From Vulcanimicrobiota bacterium (GTDB lineage Bacteria > Vulcanimicrobiota > Vulcanimicrobiia > Vulcanimicrobiales > Vulcanimicrobiaceae): 64,000 nt of DNA. The stretch spans positions 32,001-96,000 of the forward strand of contig CAWAXX010000024.1 in the NCBI GenBank assembly GCA_963786105.1, given 5' to 3'. Positions 10,286 to 20,128 of the stretch are shown in pieces. Numbering within the stretch: position 1 is the stretch's first letter; the number at the start of each line of letters is the position of its first letter. A program made the position numbers and the translations under genes. The notes under the pieces were generated by a model. That model ran no database searches. It was given only the letters and a program-made list of their open reading frames with translations, and had not been told where the DNA came from.

Positions 10286-11656
10286 ATGACTTCCAGCTTT
10301 CGAATTGCCTTCGCGCTCTTCGCCTCCACGTTGATCTTCTCGGGATGCTCCGGCGCCGGAGGTCCGATTGCGGGGTCCGGATCTCAGGCTGCGGGGATCC
10401 CAGGCGACGCCGGCGTGCGTGCAAATCTCGGGAAAATTTCGCACATCGTCCTCGTCATCCAGGAGAACCGCAGCTTCGACAACTTGTTCGCGACCTTCCC
10501 CGGCGCCGACGGCGCGACGAAGGGTACGCTGCATAACGGTAAGGTTATTCCGCTTCAAAAGCACGCTCTCGCCTCATTGGACGTTTCCCACGACTGGGCG
10601 GCGTATAACACGGACTACAACGGCGGGACGATGAACGGCTTCGACTTATCGTTCTTCATTCACTCGAACCAGAAGGCCGGCACGTATCCCTATCGCTACG
10701 TCAATCCCGCGGAAATCCAGCCGTATTGGACGATGGCTCAGCAATACGCGCTGGCCGACAACACGTTTCAAACGCAAGGCAGCGGGAGTTTCACCGCGCA
10801 TCAGGACCTGATCGCCGGAACCACGGCCATCAATTCAAAACAAAGCCTCATCGATTCGCCGTTCGGATCGCCGTGGGGATGCGACGCGCCGAAAGGCACG
10901 AAGACCTCGCTGCTCACGACGAGCGGACAGTATTTGCGCGGCAAAGGGCCATTTCCGTGCTTGAACTATCCCTCCGGCACGATGCGCGATCTGCTCGATG
11001 CAAAAGGCGTGTCGTGGAAATTCTACACGCCGGAAGAGAAAGCAAACTCGCCGGGCGGCGAATGGAACGCGTTCGACCTCGTCAAGGCGGTGCGCTACAG
11101 CCCCGAGTGGACGGCCAACATTTCCACGCCCGAAACCAACATTTTCAACGACATTACGAACGGCAAGCTGGCGGCGCTCTCGTGGGTGATTCCCGATTCG
11201 ATAAATTCCGACCATCCGGCCGACAATCATCGCCCCGACACCGGTCCGTCGTGGGTCGCACAGGTGGTTAACGCGATCGGCACCAGCAAGTACTGGAACT
11301 CCACGGCAATCGTCGTGGTGTGGGACGACTGGGGCGGCTTCTACGATCACGTTCCGCCGCCGTTCTTCGACCATTCCGGCGGGCTGGGATTCCGCGTGCC
11401 GATGATCGTCGTTTCACCCTACGTTCCCGCCGGGACGATCGCCCACACGCAATACGAGTTCGGCAGCATCCTCAAGTTCGCGGAAGAAACGTTCAAGCTG
11501 GGTTCGCTCGGTACGACGGACGCACGCGCGACGTCAATCGGCGGAATCTTCAACTTTAGGCAATTGCCGCGTAAGTTCACGACGATCCCCGCGCAACGGT
11601 CGCGCGAATATTTCATGCACGAACGCCCATCCTACGAGCCGGTCGACACGCAATAA
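10286..11656 (+). CDS. Exported phosphoesterase / phospholipase C (AcpA/PlcH family), copy 1
   Basis: Lipoprotein-like signal (FSGC). Motifs [34 protein letters not shown] and GFRVP. Confidence 0.92.
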   Translation: MTSSFRIAFALFASTLIFSGCSGAGGPIAGSGSQAAGIPGDAGVRANLGKISHIVLVIQENRSFDNLFATFPGADGATKGTLHNGKVIPLQKHALASLDVSHDWAAYNTDYNGGTMNGFDLSFFIHSNQKAGTYPYRYVNPAEIQPYWTMAQQYALADNTFQTQGSGSFTAHQDLIAGTTAINSKQSLIDSPFGSPWGCDAPKGTKTSLLTTSGQYLRGKGPFPCLNYPSGTMRDLLDAKGVSWKFYTPEEKANSPGGEWNAFDLVKAVRYSPEWTANISTPETNIFNDITNGKLAALSWVIPDSINSDHPADNHRPDTGPSWVAQVVNAIGTSKYWNSTAIVVVWDDWGGFYDHVPPPFFDHSGGLGFRVPMIVVSPYVPAGTIAHTQYEFGSILKFAEETFKLGSLGTTDARATSIGGIFNFRQLPRKFTTIPAQRSREYFMHERPSYEPVDTQ

Positions 11657-11667
11657 CCACGGTCAGG

Positions 11668-11817
11668 TTATTTCTTTTCGCGCTCCATAATCACCGACCA
11701 AGTGTTGCCCGCGCAACACATCGTAACGACGCGCCAGCCGTCTTTGGCGAATCTGTTGATGTCTTCAACCGGAACCGGGTGGCCGGTGCTGGGTAGCTGG
11801 ATGTATTCGTATTTCAA
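11668..11817 (-). CDS. Small DUF4177-like protein (49 aa), absent from the ORF track
   Basis: TTG start with upstream GGAG. MKYEYIQLPSTGHPVPVEDINRFAKDGWRVVTMCCAGNTWSVIMEREKK matches the YEY...N....GW..V...ER pattern. Confidence 0.75.
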   Translation of the reverse strand: MKYEYIQLPSTGHPVPVEDINRFAKDGWRVVTMCCAGNTWSVIMEREKK

Positions 11818-11851
11818 CGCAAAGCTCCAATATTATTAGATGAGTGAAAGT

Positions 11852-12874
11852 CTACTCCGTATTCCGCTTCTTGCTCGGGCGGTCACGCACACGCGAAAGC
11901 TCGTGACGAAGTTGCGAGAGTTCGGCATCCTTACCGGCGAGCTGCGCCGTGAGTTTGGAGACGTCTTCGGAAAACTGCGCCTCGAGGGCGATCGCGCGGC
12001 CGCGCGCACGGTCGAGTTCTCGTGCGGCGGCTTGCAGTTCGTTCTCGAGTTGCGTTTGGCGGCGCTGCGCTTCGAATTCGGTTTCGAACTGTACGACGTA
12101 TTCATCGTCGCGTTCCATAATCGGCATCTCTCGCGCCGCCTCCGCCTGCCGGGAACTTTCGCTTCCACCGTCATCGCCTATGAGCGCAGAGTTTTCGTGC
12201 GGCGTCGCGAGGATAAGGAACGTCGCGGTCTCGGCTTCTAAGTCGCCTTCGATCTCACGTACCGCGGAGTCCGAGAAGTCCGATCTCACCAAGCTCGGCA
12301 AATCGCCCGGCGCATCGAAGATCGGCGACAGCGCTCGGCGGACTTCCTTGACGACGTAGCCGGAGCGTTCGAACATCTCGGTCGCTTCGCCGGCCGACGC
12401 TACTCCCAAGTAAGGAGTGCTAAGAGAGCCTTGCATCAGCGCGAGGCGTATTGCGCCATGAGCCGTATGCGGAATGGTGGCAGCAACAAATCCATCGTGT
12501 TTTAGGAGTGGCGCGACGCCTGCAAGAAGGCTCGCCGGGTCCGGGGAGATCTCCAAAGCGCGGTCAAAGACGATGGTGTCAAAACTCAAGCGGCTCACGC
12601 TTTCGGGAACGCTCCACGAATTGGGATCCACAATTTCTACCAGCGAGCAATAGCTGGAAACGGCAGTAGAGTCAGCGCTGCCAAAAACGATCGCGACGAG
12701 TTCGCAGTCATCCGCTCGAAGTTGCTCCGCGAGTGACGGACTGGGCCGCCCCACGAGCAACACCGTTTTCGACCGGCCGATGGCATCGGCGAGCGCGCGA
12801 GCCGGATCCACGCTTGGCTTGCTGTGCTCGCGTTGCGATGGGGAGTTATCCCGCGGTCGAGCTTTTTTCGGCAT
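11852..12874 (-). CDS. Degenerate methyltransferase-like domain plus short coiled coil
   Basis: Paralogous to 7685-10276 (FDTIVFDRALE, TIPHTAHGAIRLAL, EAETATFLILATP). The SAM motif is degenerate (LLVGRPSPS). About 70 aa of coiled coil. Confidence 0.72.
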   Translation of the reverse strand: MPKKARPRDNSPSQREHSKPSVDPARALADAIGRSKTVLLVGRPSPSLAEQLRADDCELVAIVFGSADSTAVSSYCSLVEIVDPNSWSVPESVSRLSFDTIVFDRALEISPDPASLLAGVAPLLKHDGFVAATIPHTAHGAIRLALMQGSLSTPYLGVASAGEATEMFERSGYVVKEVRRALSPIFDAPGDLPSLVRSDFSDSAVREIEGDLEAETATFLILATPHENSALIGDDGGSESSRQAEAAREMPIMERDDEYVVQFETEFEAQRRQTQLENELQAAARELDRARGRAIALEAQFSEDVSKLTAQLAGKDAELSQLRHELSRVRDRPSKKRNTE

Positions 12875-13940
12875 CGCCCTCACCCAACGCTACGGCCTCG
12901 ATTGGCCCCTCATCTTCAACCAATCCTCGTTCGTGCAGCCAGTTGTAGTACGAGCCGGCACCGGTGCGAAACGGATTCTCAAATCGCTCCTGAAGGGTCG
13001 AATCCGAGCGATATCGCAGCCGATGCGACTTTTCTATCGGTGCACCGTTATCGTAAACACTGTACGTCCAGTAGCCGTGAGGGATCGTCGTCTCGGTCGT
13101 CTGTTCCACCTGACGGCGGTACCAGTTCCAAAGCTCGTACACCGGGAAGTTGTCTCCCGCGTAGCGCTTCGTCATGATGTCGGCGATGCGGCCAAGCTTG
13201 GTGAAATGCCAAAATCGCAGCGGCGAGCCGTTTACCGTTGCGCCCTGAGGCCCGATTGCGATTTCTCGATCTACCAAGTTCCAGCTGGCCACGTTATAAC
13301 CGGGATCGCGAAGTATTTTCACCCGATCGAAGAGGGCGGGTGCGAGATCGCACCAGCGTTGATCGACGAAGAGTCCATTGGGTATGTCGTCGTAGCCGTA
13401 CGTTAGAAGGCGGTCCGCCCACCAATCGGCGAACCTGCGGCCCTCGCCCGAGGTTCTAATCGCACAGAATCCGAGGTTGTACGTTCCAGTTTTTAACGAA
13501 CAGATTTCGTTATCGATAATAGCCTGCGGATCGACCGTCGGCGTCACCGTGTGTGGCGTTAACACGACGTCGTACGTCTCAAGCAGCTCTTCAACCGGCG
13601 TTAGCGGTGCGAAGAGGCACGTGTCCGGGTCCAAATACACCACCGCATCCGCCCCGCTCGAGCAAGCCATTTGGACGAACGGACCTTTGACGGCCGTACA
13701 CGCTTCTATGACGTCGCGCTTAAATATCCACGATCGAAAGTGTTTGATCCCAAGACGATCGGCGTATTGGACGGAGTCAAATGGTTCTCTCTCGACGTTG
13801 AAGTCGAGAGACGGCGGCGGCTCGTCGGTAATGAGCGCAACGAGCTCCCACTCGGGATGATACTTGCGAAGCGACGCAAATAGAACGCGCGCCCGGTTCA
13901 GATACCCAAACGAAAAGCTGCTGAAGCAAAGAACCTTCAT
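12846..13940 (-). CDS. Glycosyltransferase (GT-A/GT8-like)
   Basis: Motifs EACTAVKG, VYLDPD, LTPH, GTYNLGF, FVDQRWCD and GYNVASWNL. Confidence 0.82.
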   Translation of the reverse strand: MKVLCFSSFSFGYLNRARVLFASLRKYHPEWELVALITDEPPPSLDFNVEREPFDSVQYADRLGIKHFRSWIFKRDVIEACTAVKGPFVQMACSSGADAVVYLDPDTCLFAPLTPVEELLETYDVVLTPHTVTPTVDPQAIIDNEICSLKTGTYNLGFCAIRTSGEGRRFADWWADRLLTYGYDDIPNGLFVDQRWCDLAPALFDRVKILRDPGYNVASWNLVDREIAIGPQGATVNGSPLRFWHFTKLGRIADIMTKRYAGDNFPVYELWNWYRRQVEQTTETTIPHGYWTYSVYDNGAPIEKSHRLRYRSDSTLQERFENPFRTGAGSYYNWLHERGLVEDEGPIEAVALGEGDAEKSSTAG

Positions 13941-15901
13941 TCCCGATCGCCTATGAGATCGGCGGTCATCGTGCTCAGTTCGAGGCTGAAGTGTTCGACC
14001 CGCCGTTTCGACCGGGCGAGCGACTCTGCGACGCCCGACTCAAACAGTTCCCAAAGGGCGCCTTCGTCGGCTAGAACGACGCCCTTACCCGTCTCGCGTA
14101 CCATGTGAGCAACGTTTCCACTGCCGGCCGGCGCGACGACCACCGCTCCGCCGGCCACCGCTTCGTAGGCGGTGAAGCAAAACGTCTCGGGCCACAGCGA
14201 CCAAATAATCACGACATCGATTTGAAGTTCTTCGATTTTCTTCGTCATCGCTGCGGGATCGCCGGCATTGACGCGTACCTCCGCAAACCGCAGCGGAAGA
14301 CGGGGTTGTTCGTGCATCCCGAGATGAAAGAACTCAAACCGCCGGTCTCCGGCGTATCGCAGGATAAGATCGCGAAACACCGGCCAGCCCTTGTGGACGG
14401 CCGGCTGACCGAGGAAGGCGACCCGTAACGGCCTCGCGGCGGCGGTTTCACCCTGTTGCCGCGGCGGTCTGGGGATGAGGCGACAGTGGGGGTGAACGCG
14501 TTCGCCGCCGCGAGCGTCGAGCGCCGTTCCGTTTTTCCACGTGGTGAGCGCGGTCTGGGACGGTGCGAGAACGGTGAGGTCAAAGTTGCGGAAGAAAAGC
14601 TCGTGGTCTGCTAATTGTAGCCGGCGGCGTTCGCCGTAAATGCACACTTGACACGCCGTGCTATCGGGCGGCGGGGCACCGCAGAACTCTACGTCGTTGC
14701 GCAGAAGTTGAAGGCCCGAGGAAATGCTCGAGTAATCGTGCAGCCAAAAATAACCGTCCTGTATGCGGAGCGATTTTAGGATCGCCGTGAGGGACTTCAC
14801 GTTGTGACCCAGCAGACTATGGATCGCAAACCCCCGTTGCGGCCACTCGACGGTCGTATCGAACGTCGAGCGCAGAACCTCGGCTACGGTGCTCGCCCGA
14901 AAATGACCGGCCGATTCACCATTAATCAGTATGCCGGTTGCCGGATCCTCGTCGTCATGATCGGTGACTAAAAACATCCGCCCGGGAAAGAAATGGAGGT
15001 GGTCGAAACCACGCTCGGCAAACGCGTCCGCTTCCCGTTGCAAGCATAACTGCACGCCGCCCACGTTCTCGGTAAAATTGTCGTGGCTTACGGAAACGTA
15101 CAGGCTCTGTCGTTTCGATCGCGAGAGTGACGATAGCGCGTGCACCAATTGAATCCTTGACCCAAGGCGCCAACTCGGAATCTGCAGCCCGGCTGCCATT
15201 CGTTTATCGAGAGGCAGCTGATTGAGCAGCACGTAGTAGCGAAAACCTAGCGACGCCTTTGGGGAACGACCCTCGCCGCGTCCCGCAGCCACGTAATGGT
15301 AAAATGGATTGACCCCGGCGCTCGCGACGTCGGCGTTTTCCTCCAAATAATCCGACGTGGAAAAGAATGCATTTGGATCGCGGCGCTCGCGCCAGCCGAA
15401 TTCGACGAAGTGCGAAAGCGGGTCAAATCTTGATTGCGCAACGTCAGGATTGACCGCTAAATAATAGTCTCGGTCGAATTCATTTCGAATGACCGACTTC
15501 TCGTACTCAAGCGATTCATCTTGAGTCGTTACTTCTTGGGTCGCTACTTCCTGAGTCGTTCCCTCATTTACGGTCTCTTCCGGCGCCGAGACGGCATGCC
15601 GTATGAGATACGCCTCAGCGTGGCGAGAGGGCTTGCAGACTCGTCCTTCGGCAACTCCAAACTCCAGAAAATGGAACAGCGGCACGAAATCCGCCTCGAG
15701 GACATCGGGGTTTTCCGCGAGATACGATTCGGTAGAAAACCAAGGGTTCGGGTCGTAGCCTTGTCGCCATCCGAGGGTTGCGTAGTGCGATGCCGGCGTG
15801 AAGCCCGGCGGTACCTCTCCGTAGGAATGCACGTAAAAGGCGTCGTCAACCGCCGACGCTAGAGCCTCGTCTAGAGACGCTCGCATGGCAACCCGGTCCA
15901 T
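13937..15901 (-). CDS. GT-B (GT4-like) glycosyltransferase with N-terminal NPDV/GW-EGR repeats
   Basis: Four repeats of Y(L)..NPDV......P..H[YF]...G..EGR. C-terminal GQPAVHKGW and SLWPETFCFTAYEA. Confidence 0.8.
   Translation of the reverse strand: MDRVAMRASLDEALASAVDDAFYVHSYGEVPPGFTPASHYATLGWRQGYDPNPWFSTESYLAENPDVLEADFVPLFHFLEFGVAEGRVCKPSRHAEAYLIRHAVSAPEETVNEGTTQEVATQEVTTQDESLEYEKSVIRNEFDRDYYLAVNPDVAQSRFDPLSHFVEFGWRERRDPNAFFSTSDYLEENADVASAGVNPFYHYVAAGRGEGRSPKASLGFRYYVLLNQLPLDKRMAAGLQIPSWRLGSRIQLVHALSSLSRSKRQSLYVSVSHDNFTENVGGVQLCLQREADAFAERGFDHLHFFPGRMFLVTDHDDEDPATGILINGESAGHFRASTVAEVLRSTFDTTVEWPQRGFAIHSLLGHNVKSLTAILKSLRIQDGYFWLHDYSSISSGLQLLRNDVEFCGAPPPDSTACQVCIYGERRRLQLADHELFFRNFDLTVLAPSQTALTTWKNGTALDARGGERVHPHCRLIPRPPRQQGETAAARPLRVAFLGQPAVHKGWPVFRDLILRYAGDRRFEFFHLGMHEQPRLPLRFAEVRVNAGDPAAMTKKIEELQIDVVIIWSLWPETFCFTAYEAVAGGAVVVAPAGSGNVAHMVRETGKGVVLADEGALWELFESGVAESLARSKRRVEHFSLELSTMTADLIGDRE
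15518..15565 (-). repeat. Three degenerate 15-bp tandem units encoding TTQEV-ATQEV-TTQDE
   Basis: Visible in both DNA and protein, in the linker between repeat pairs of the 654-aa glycosyltransferase. Confidence 0.6.
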
Positions 15902-15971
15902 GGACTAGTATTTAGGTTGCAATGCGCGTTGCCCTGCCCAGCGCCAGGCCTGGCGGGGTGCTTGGTGGCGC

Positions 15972-16823
15972 CTACTTTGCTTTGGCCACAATCAACATAT
16001 AGTCGCTTTCCACCTCGCCGCTGTCGACGAGTGCGTCCTCGATCGCGAATAGCATCTCCAGTACGGCAACGGCGGCGCCATCCTCCGAATGAAAGTTTCC
16101 AGCAATGTCTCGCAGCACGAACTGAAGAAGCGTTCCACCGATCGCGCGACACTGCGTGAGCCTCAGGTGTTCGCGAAGAACGCGAAGGACTCTGGAAGAC
16201 GCAATAGGCACGCCTACGCCTTCGGGAACGCCTTGTGGGGCCGGTAACGCGACCTCTCCTAGAACGCTGTCGGGGGCATTCTTCAGGTGGCGATAGCGGC
16301 GCGGGATAAGCGAGAACGCAGCCTGTACGGCGGCCCGCTGCGCCGGGCCGATCGCGAGCCTATCTGCACCGACGTACTCATAAGCAAACAGAAAGCCGTC
16401 GGGTTGGAGCGACTGCGCGATCTGAACGACCAGCCGCTCGAGATTGGCGACGCGGCAAAGCGTGACGTCGCACCACACGACGTCGTACATCGATGATGGA
16501 AGTCGGGCTCTATTGAGATCCTCGTCGAAATATCGAACGCGGGCGTGGGGTTTTTTCCGGTCGGCTTTGCTGGGCGAATCCCGCGATTGCACTCGAGTAC
16601 CGACTACGTCGCAGCGTTGGAAGACATTGCGACGAGCGAGCTCCGCTTCCAACCACTCCGACTCGCGCCCAAGAACGAGCATTCGCGCCGGCCCTAATAA
16701 GCGGCGTGGAAGCAGCGACAAACAATACATATGCCAGCCCATATCGCTCTTGCCGCTGGAACGCTCGTTAATTCGGACTTGAACCTCTGGGAGTGCAGTC
16801 CAACCTACGGAGTCGTCGCTCAC
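15972..16823 (-). CDS. Class I SAM methyltransferase-like protein (degenerate SAM motif)
   Basis: Motifs EDLN..LP..YDVV, LQPDGFLFAYEYVG and IGGTLL. Motif I is degraded (MLVLGRES). Confidence 0.7.
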   Translation of the reverse strand: MSDDSVGWTALPEVQVRINERSSGKSDMGWHMYCLSLLPRRLLGPARMLVLGRESEWLEAELARRNVFQRCDVVGTRVQSRDSPSKADRKKPHARVRYFDEDLNRARLPSSMYDVVWCDVTLCRVANLERLVVQIAQSLQPDGFLFAYEYVGADRLAIGPAQRAAVQAAFSLIPRRYRHLKNAPDSVLGEVALPAPQGVPEGVGVPIASSRVLRVLREHLRLTQCRAIGGTLLQFVLRDIAGNFHSEDGAAVAVLEMLFAIEDALVDSGEVESDYMLIVAKAK

Positions 16824-16880
16824 TCACTGGAGGGTTCCCCGCGGCTCGGAAGAACCCCGCATCGCCAGGATCGTAGCTAC

Positions 16881-17577
16881 ATGCCAGTGTCAAGATCGCT
16901 TTCTTTTGTTTTTATCCACGTGCGCAAGACCGGTGGAACTTCCATCATGCGAGTACTGGAGTCCGCCGATCCGCAAATCTACTTGAACGAAAAGGGAATT
17001 TGGGACATGCTGTGCGCGCATCCCGAACGTCGCCGGTTGCTCGAAAAGCTCCGGAGTTTCTATTTGATCGGCGCAGTGGACAACTATCCGCAATGGCATT
17101 TACCGGCCGTCATCGTGCGCAAACTCATCGGTCAACGTGAATGGAAGCGTCTATTTACTTTCGCTTTTGTGAGGAATCCATGGGACCTCGTCGTTTCGGC
17201 GTATCACTTTGAGAAGCAGTATCTCGCGCAAGCGCACGTACGCCGGGCGGAGCCGGATCGAGCCGAAGCAATTCGACGCTGCCAAGACTTCGATCGCTTC
17301 GTAAGGCTCTACCCCCTCCTCGAGCCCGCCGATCAGACATCGATGATCGTCGACGAGAACAATCAAAGCATCGTGAAGTACGTCGGGAGGTTCGAGAATC
17401 TGAATGCCGATTTTGCAACCATTTGCGACCGCATAGGTCTGACTCGTGTCGAGCTTCCGCACGAAAACCGAAGCGAGGATCGGCGCGAGTATCGTACGTA
17501 CTACTCCGACGAGACGCGCGCGAATCGTGGCGCGATACTTTTCCCGCGACATCGAGCGGTTCGGATACGAGTTCTAA
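16881..17577 (+). CDS. Sulfotransferase family protein (Sulfotransfer_2-like; extra base near 17523)
   Basis: 5'-PSB motif FIHVRKTGGTSI, 3'-PB motif FAFVRNPWDLVVSAY, and VGRFENL. Removing one A restores the C-terminus IVARYFSRDIERFGYEF*. Confidence 0.88.
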
Positions 17578-17593
17578 AGTTTAGTGCGTGTGC

Positions 17594-18495
17594 CTATCGA
17601 GGTTGAGCTAAATGCGTGATTGCTATGCTGACGGGTTCGTTTAGCCTCTCAATGGTCGGCGCCGATCGCGCCCCTTCTTTCATGTACGTCTTCAGATTTC
17701 CGCCGCTGTAGCTTCCGATGAAGATCTCGTCATCGACCGCCACACCGTATGGATTATTTAGCTTTCTGATTGTGGGATTGGATCCGCGATCCGTATTTGT
17801 CGTAGGTTGTCATCGTGCTGTTGCCGGAGTTGGCAACGTAGATATTGCCGTCTTTGTCAATGGCGATGTTGCGTGGCGTGCTCAGGCCGTCATGCAGCGT
17901 TAGCGCAGCCCGAGTGCCATTCGGCTTGTAAGTCGTTACCGTGCTATTCCCGCTGTTTACAACGTAAATGTTCCCTAGCTTGTCGACCGCGATACCGTGG
18001 GGCTCGTCCAGCCCTTCAATCGTGGGGGTAGTTCGCGTTCCGTCTGGTTTGTACGTCGTCACGGTGTTGTTGCCGAAGTTGGCTAACGTAAATTTTTCCG
18101 CTTGCATCCACTGCCAGGCCGTACGGTTGGTTTACGCCTGACGTGATCGTGGGCGTAGTCGGTGTCCGTTTGATAAGTACGTCGTTATGGTGCTGTTGCC
18201 GGCATTTCCGACGTAAATCTTTCCCTTCGCATCAACCGCCAGGCCGACCGGATCGTGCACCGCTTTAATGGTTGGCGAAGTCTGCGTTCCGTCCATGAGA
18301 AAAGTCGTTACTTCGTTACTGCCATGGTTAGCCACGTAAATATGCTGTATGGGATCGATCTGTGATTGGGCGATCGCCGGCGCGAACTCGTTGATCCGCT
18401 GTAGCGCTTTGCCGCGCGGCGACGCCGTTACCGGAAAAAAGCAGTCCGGATACTAGCATCAGCAAGATGAATCCGGAGCGATTTCTCAACGCCAT
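17594..18495 (-). CDS. Secreted NHL-repeat beta-propeller protein (several frameshifts)
   Basis: Signal-like N-terminus MALRNRSGFILLMLVSGLLF. About 6 repeats of YVANxGNxTxTTY...PTI..L..P.GIAVD..G.I spread across frames. Confidence 0.75.
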
Positions 18496-18496
18496 T

Positions 18497-19200
18497 TTAT
18501 TCATCGTCAGGTGGTTTTAGCGAAGGGCTCTGATGGAGAAAATACGAGGGTGGATACTTTGCCGGTATGGTGCTAAATGGGTGAGGCGGCTTAGTGAAGT
18601 CGAAGCTATCATCTAGGCTATTCGCTCGTGCGTCAGTGTAACCAAGGGACTTTAGTCCAAATGCCTGCTCTGCAAATCTTAGAACACTACCAAACTCATA
18701 CTGCGTGTGCGAGACGTAGCCTTGCCTGGCATAAGGCGATATTACGATGCAGGGTACTCGCTCACCTAGGCCCAGAAAGTCCAGCTGTGGCGGCGGGACG
18801 TCGTCGTACCATCCGCCCCAGTCGTCCCAGAGAACGATGATTGCCGTAGAGTCCCAATATTTGCTGGTGCCGATAGTGTTAACGATGGCGGCAACCCAGG
18901 AGGGCCCGGTGTCAGAACCGCTACCGGCATGGTCGGAGTTCGTATCGTCTGGTATGACCCAGGAAACGCTCGGCAGCTTTCCGTCTGGTATGTCGGTCAG
19001 AATCGTTGTCTCAGGCGAGATGACGTTTCTCTGACCAATCGGGACCAAATTACACGTTTTTGATTGCGCCGAAAGCAGACCAGAGATTGCCGCCTCCACC
19101 CTGCGTAACCGTAGGCGCGTAGTATTTCCAGGCAACTTTCCTTGCGTCCAGAGTATCTGCCATCGTGCGAAACTGCGACGGTGTAAGACAAGGGGGTAGC
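18497..19200 (-). pseudogene. 5'-truncated phosphoesterase, copy 2
   Basis: Starts mid-domain ([19 protein letters not shown]) and lacks ENRSFD. In-frame TAA near 19050 plus a frameshift. C-terminal half intact ([10 protein letters not shown]...PPDDE). Confidence 0.8.
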
Positions 19201-19240
19201 CCGCCCTTACCCGCCTATGGGGGCTAGCGAAAGAGATAAA

Positions 19241-19266
19241 GAAGACCCGGCAACTGCCGGGTCTTC
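19241..19266 (-). terminator. Rho-independent terminator
   Basis: GAAGACCCGGCA-AC-TGCCGGGTCTTC perfect stem, followed on the minus strand by TTTATCTCTTT, 38 nt after the stop at 19304. Confidence 0.8.
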
Positions 19267-19303
19267 GTATCGCGTCTCTCGGCTAAAACACGTGTGCCAG
19301 CTA

Positions 19304-19884
19304 CTAGCTTCCCGATGGCGACAGGACAACGATCCCAATCTGGTACGGTTGGCCGGGCGACTGTTGATCGCAATAGCCCGGCCCGAAGGGCGAGTTTTGG
19401 GAGCAAACACTTAGGTTGAGGTAGTAGGCAGCGGTCCCGCCGGAGGGCGGTACACTTGACGAGACTGACACGCTGTTAGTGCTCGGGTTGCCGGGGTTGG
19501 GGTTCCAACCAAGGTTCACAACTTGGCTGTAGGGCTTGCCGTTCGACGTAGTTCTTAGCGTAGGTGGGGCATGTGCCAGTGCCAGCGCCCAGGTATTATG
19601 TTGCCACTACCGTCCAACTCGGCCCATTCTTGCGAAAACGACGTCCCGGGGAACATGTAGTAACAATAAAAGTAGGAACTCGACGGGGGACAGGCGCCGT
19701 CGTAGTCGCCATCATTTTGTTGAAGGCCGACGGGCACGAGGTGACCCTGGTGCGTGCGATGACCCATTGGTGCCGACGCCGGCGAGATCGCCGGGACGGT
19801 CTGGGTCCCGTTCCCGGTGGAACAGGCGGAAAGCACGAGGCTGGCCGCGAGCGCGCCACCCGCATAAATAGCCGAAAAACGCAT
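19304..19884 (-). CDS. Cys-containing lipoprotein of unknown function (frameshift near 19560)
   Basis: AGGAG RBS and lipobox LVLSAC. ORFs 19555-19929 and 19304-19519 join into one protein. Terminator downstream. Confidence 0.65.
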
Positions 19885-20128
19885 AAACTGACTCCTTAAA
19901 GCGCAAGTGGAAAACAAGCCGCCCTCCAAATGGAAAGCGCCGCACCTCGGGGCCGTCGTTAGCTAACCGTCGCACCCTCTCCTCCTCTAGCCCCGATCGC
20001 GCACTCGAGCCCGAGCTGGCAGGCTGACTTCGGTCGTCTCCGAAAGCCGAGCATAGCAGCGCGACAGGTAGGAGACCTCTCGCGCGATTTTACGCCACGG
20101 GTGACTGCACGCGGCGAGAGTAATCCAG

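Noticed and set aside
17594..18495. CRISPR-like or DNA tandem repeat array
   Set aside because: The periodicity is at protein level (NHL repeats) with degenerate DNA. No identical repeats with spacers were seen here or elsewhere in the window.
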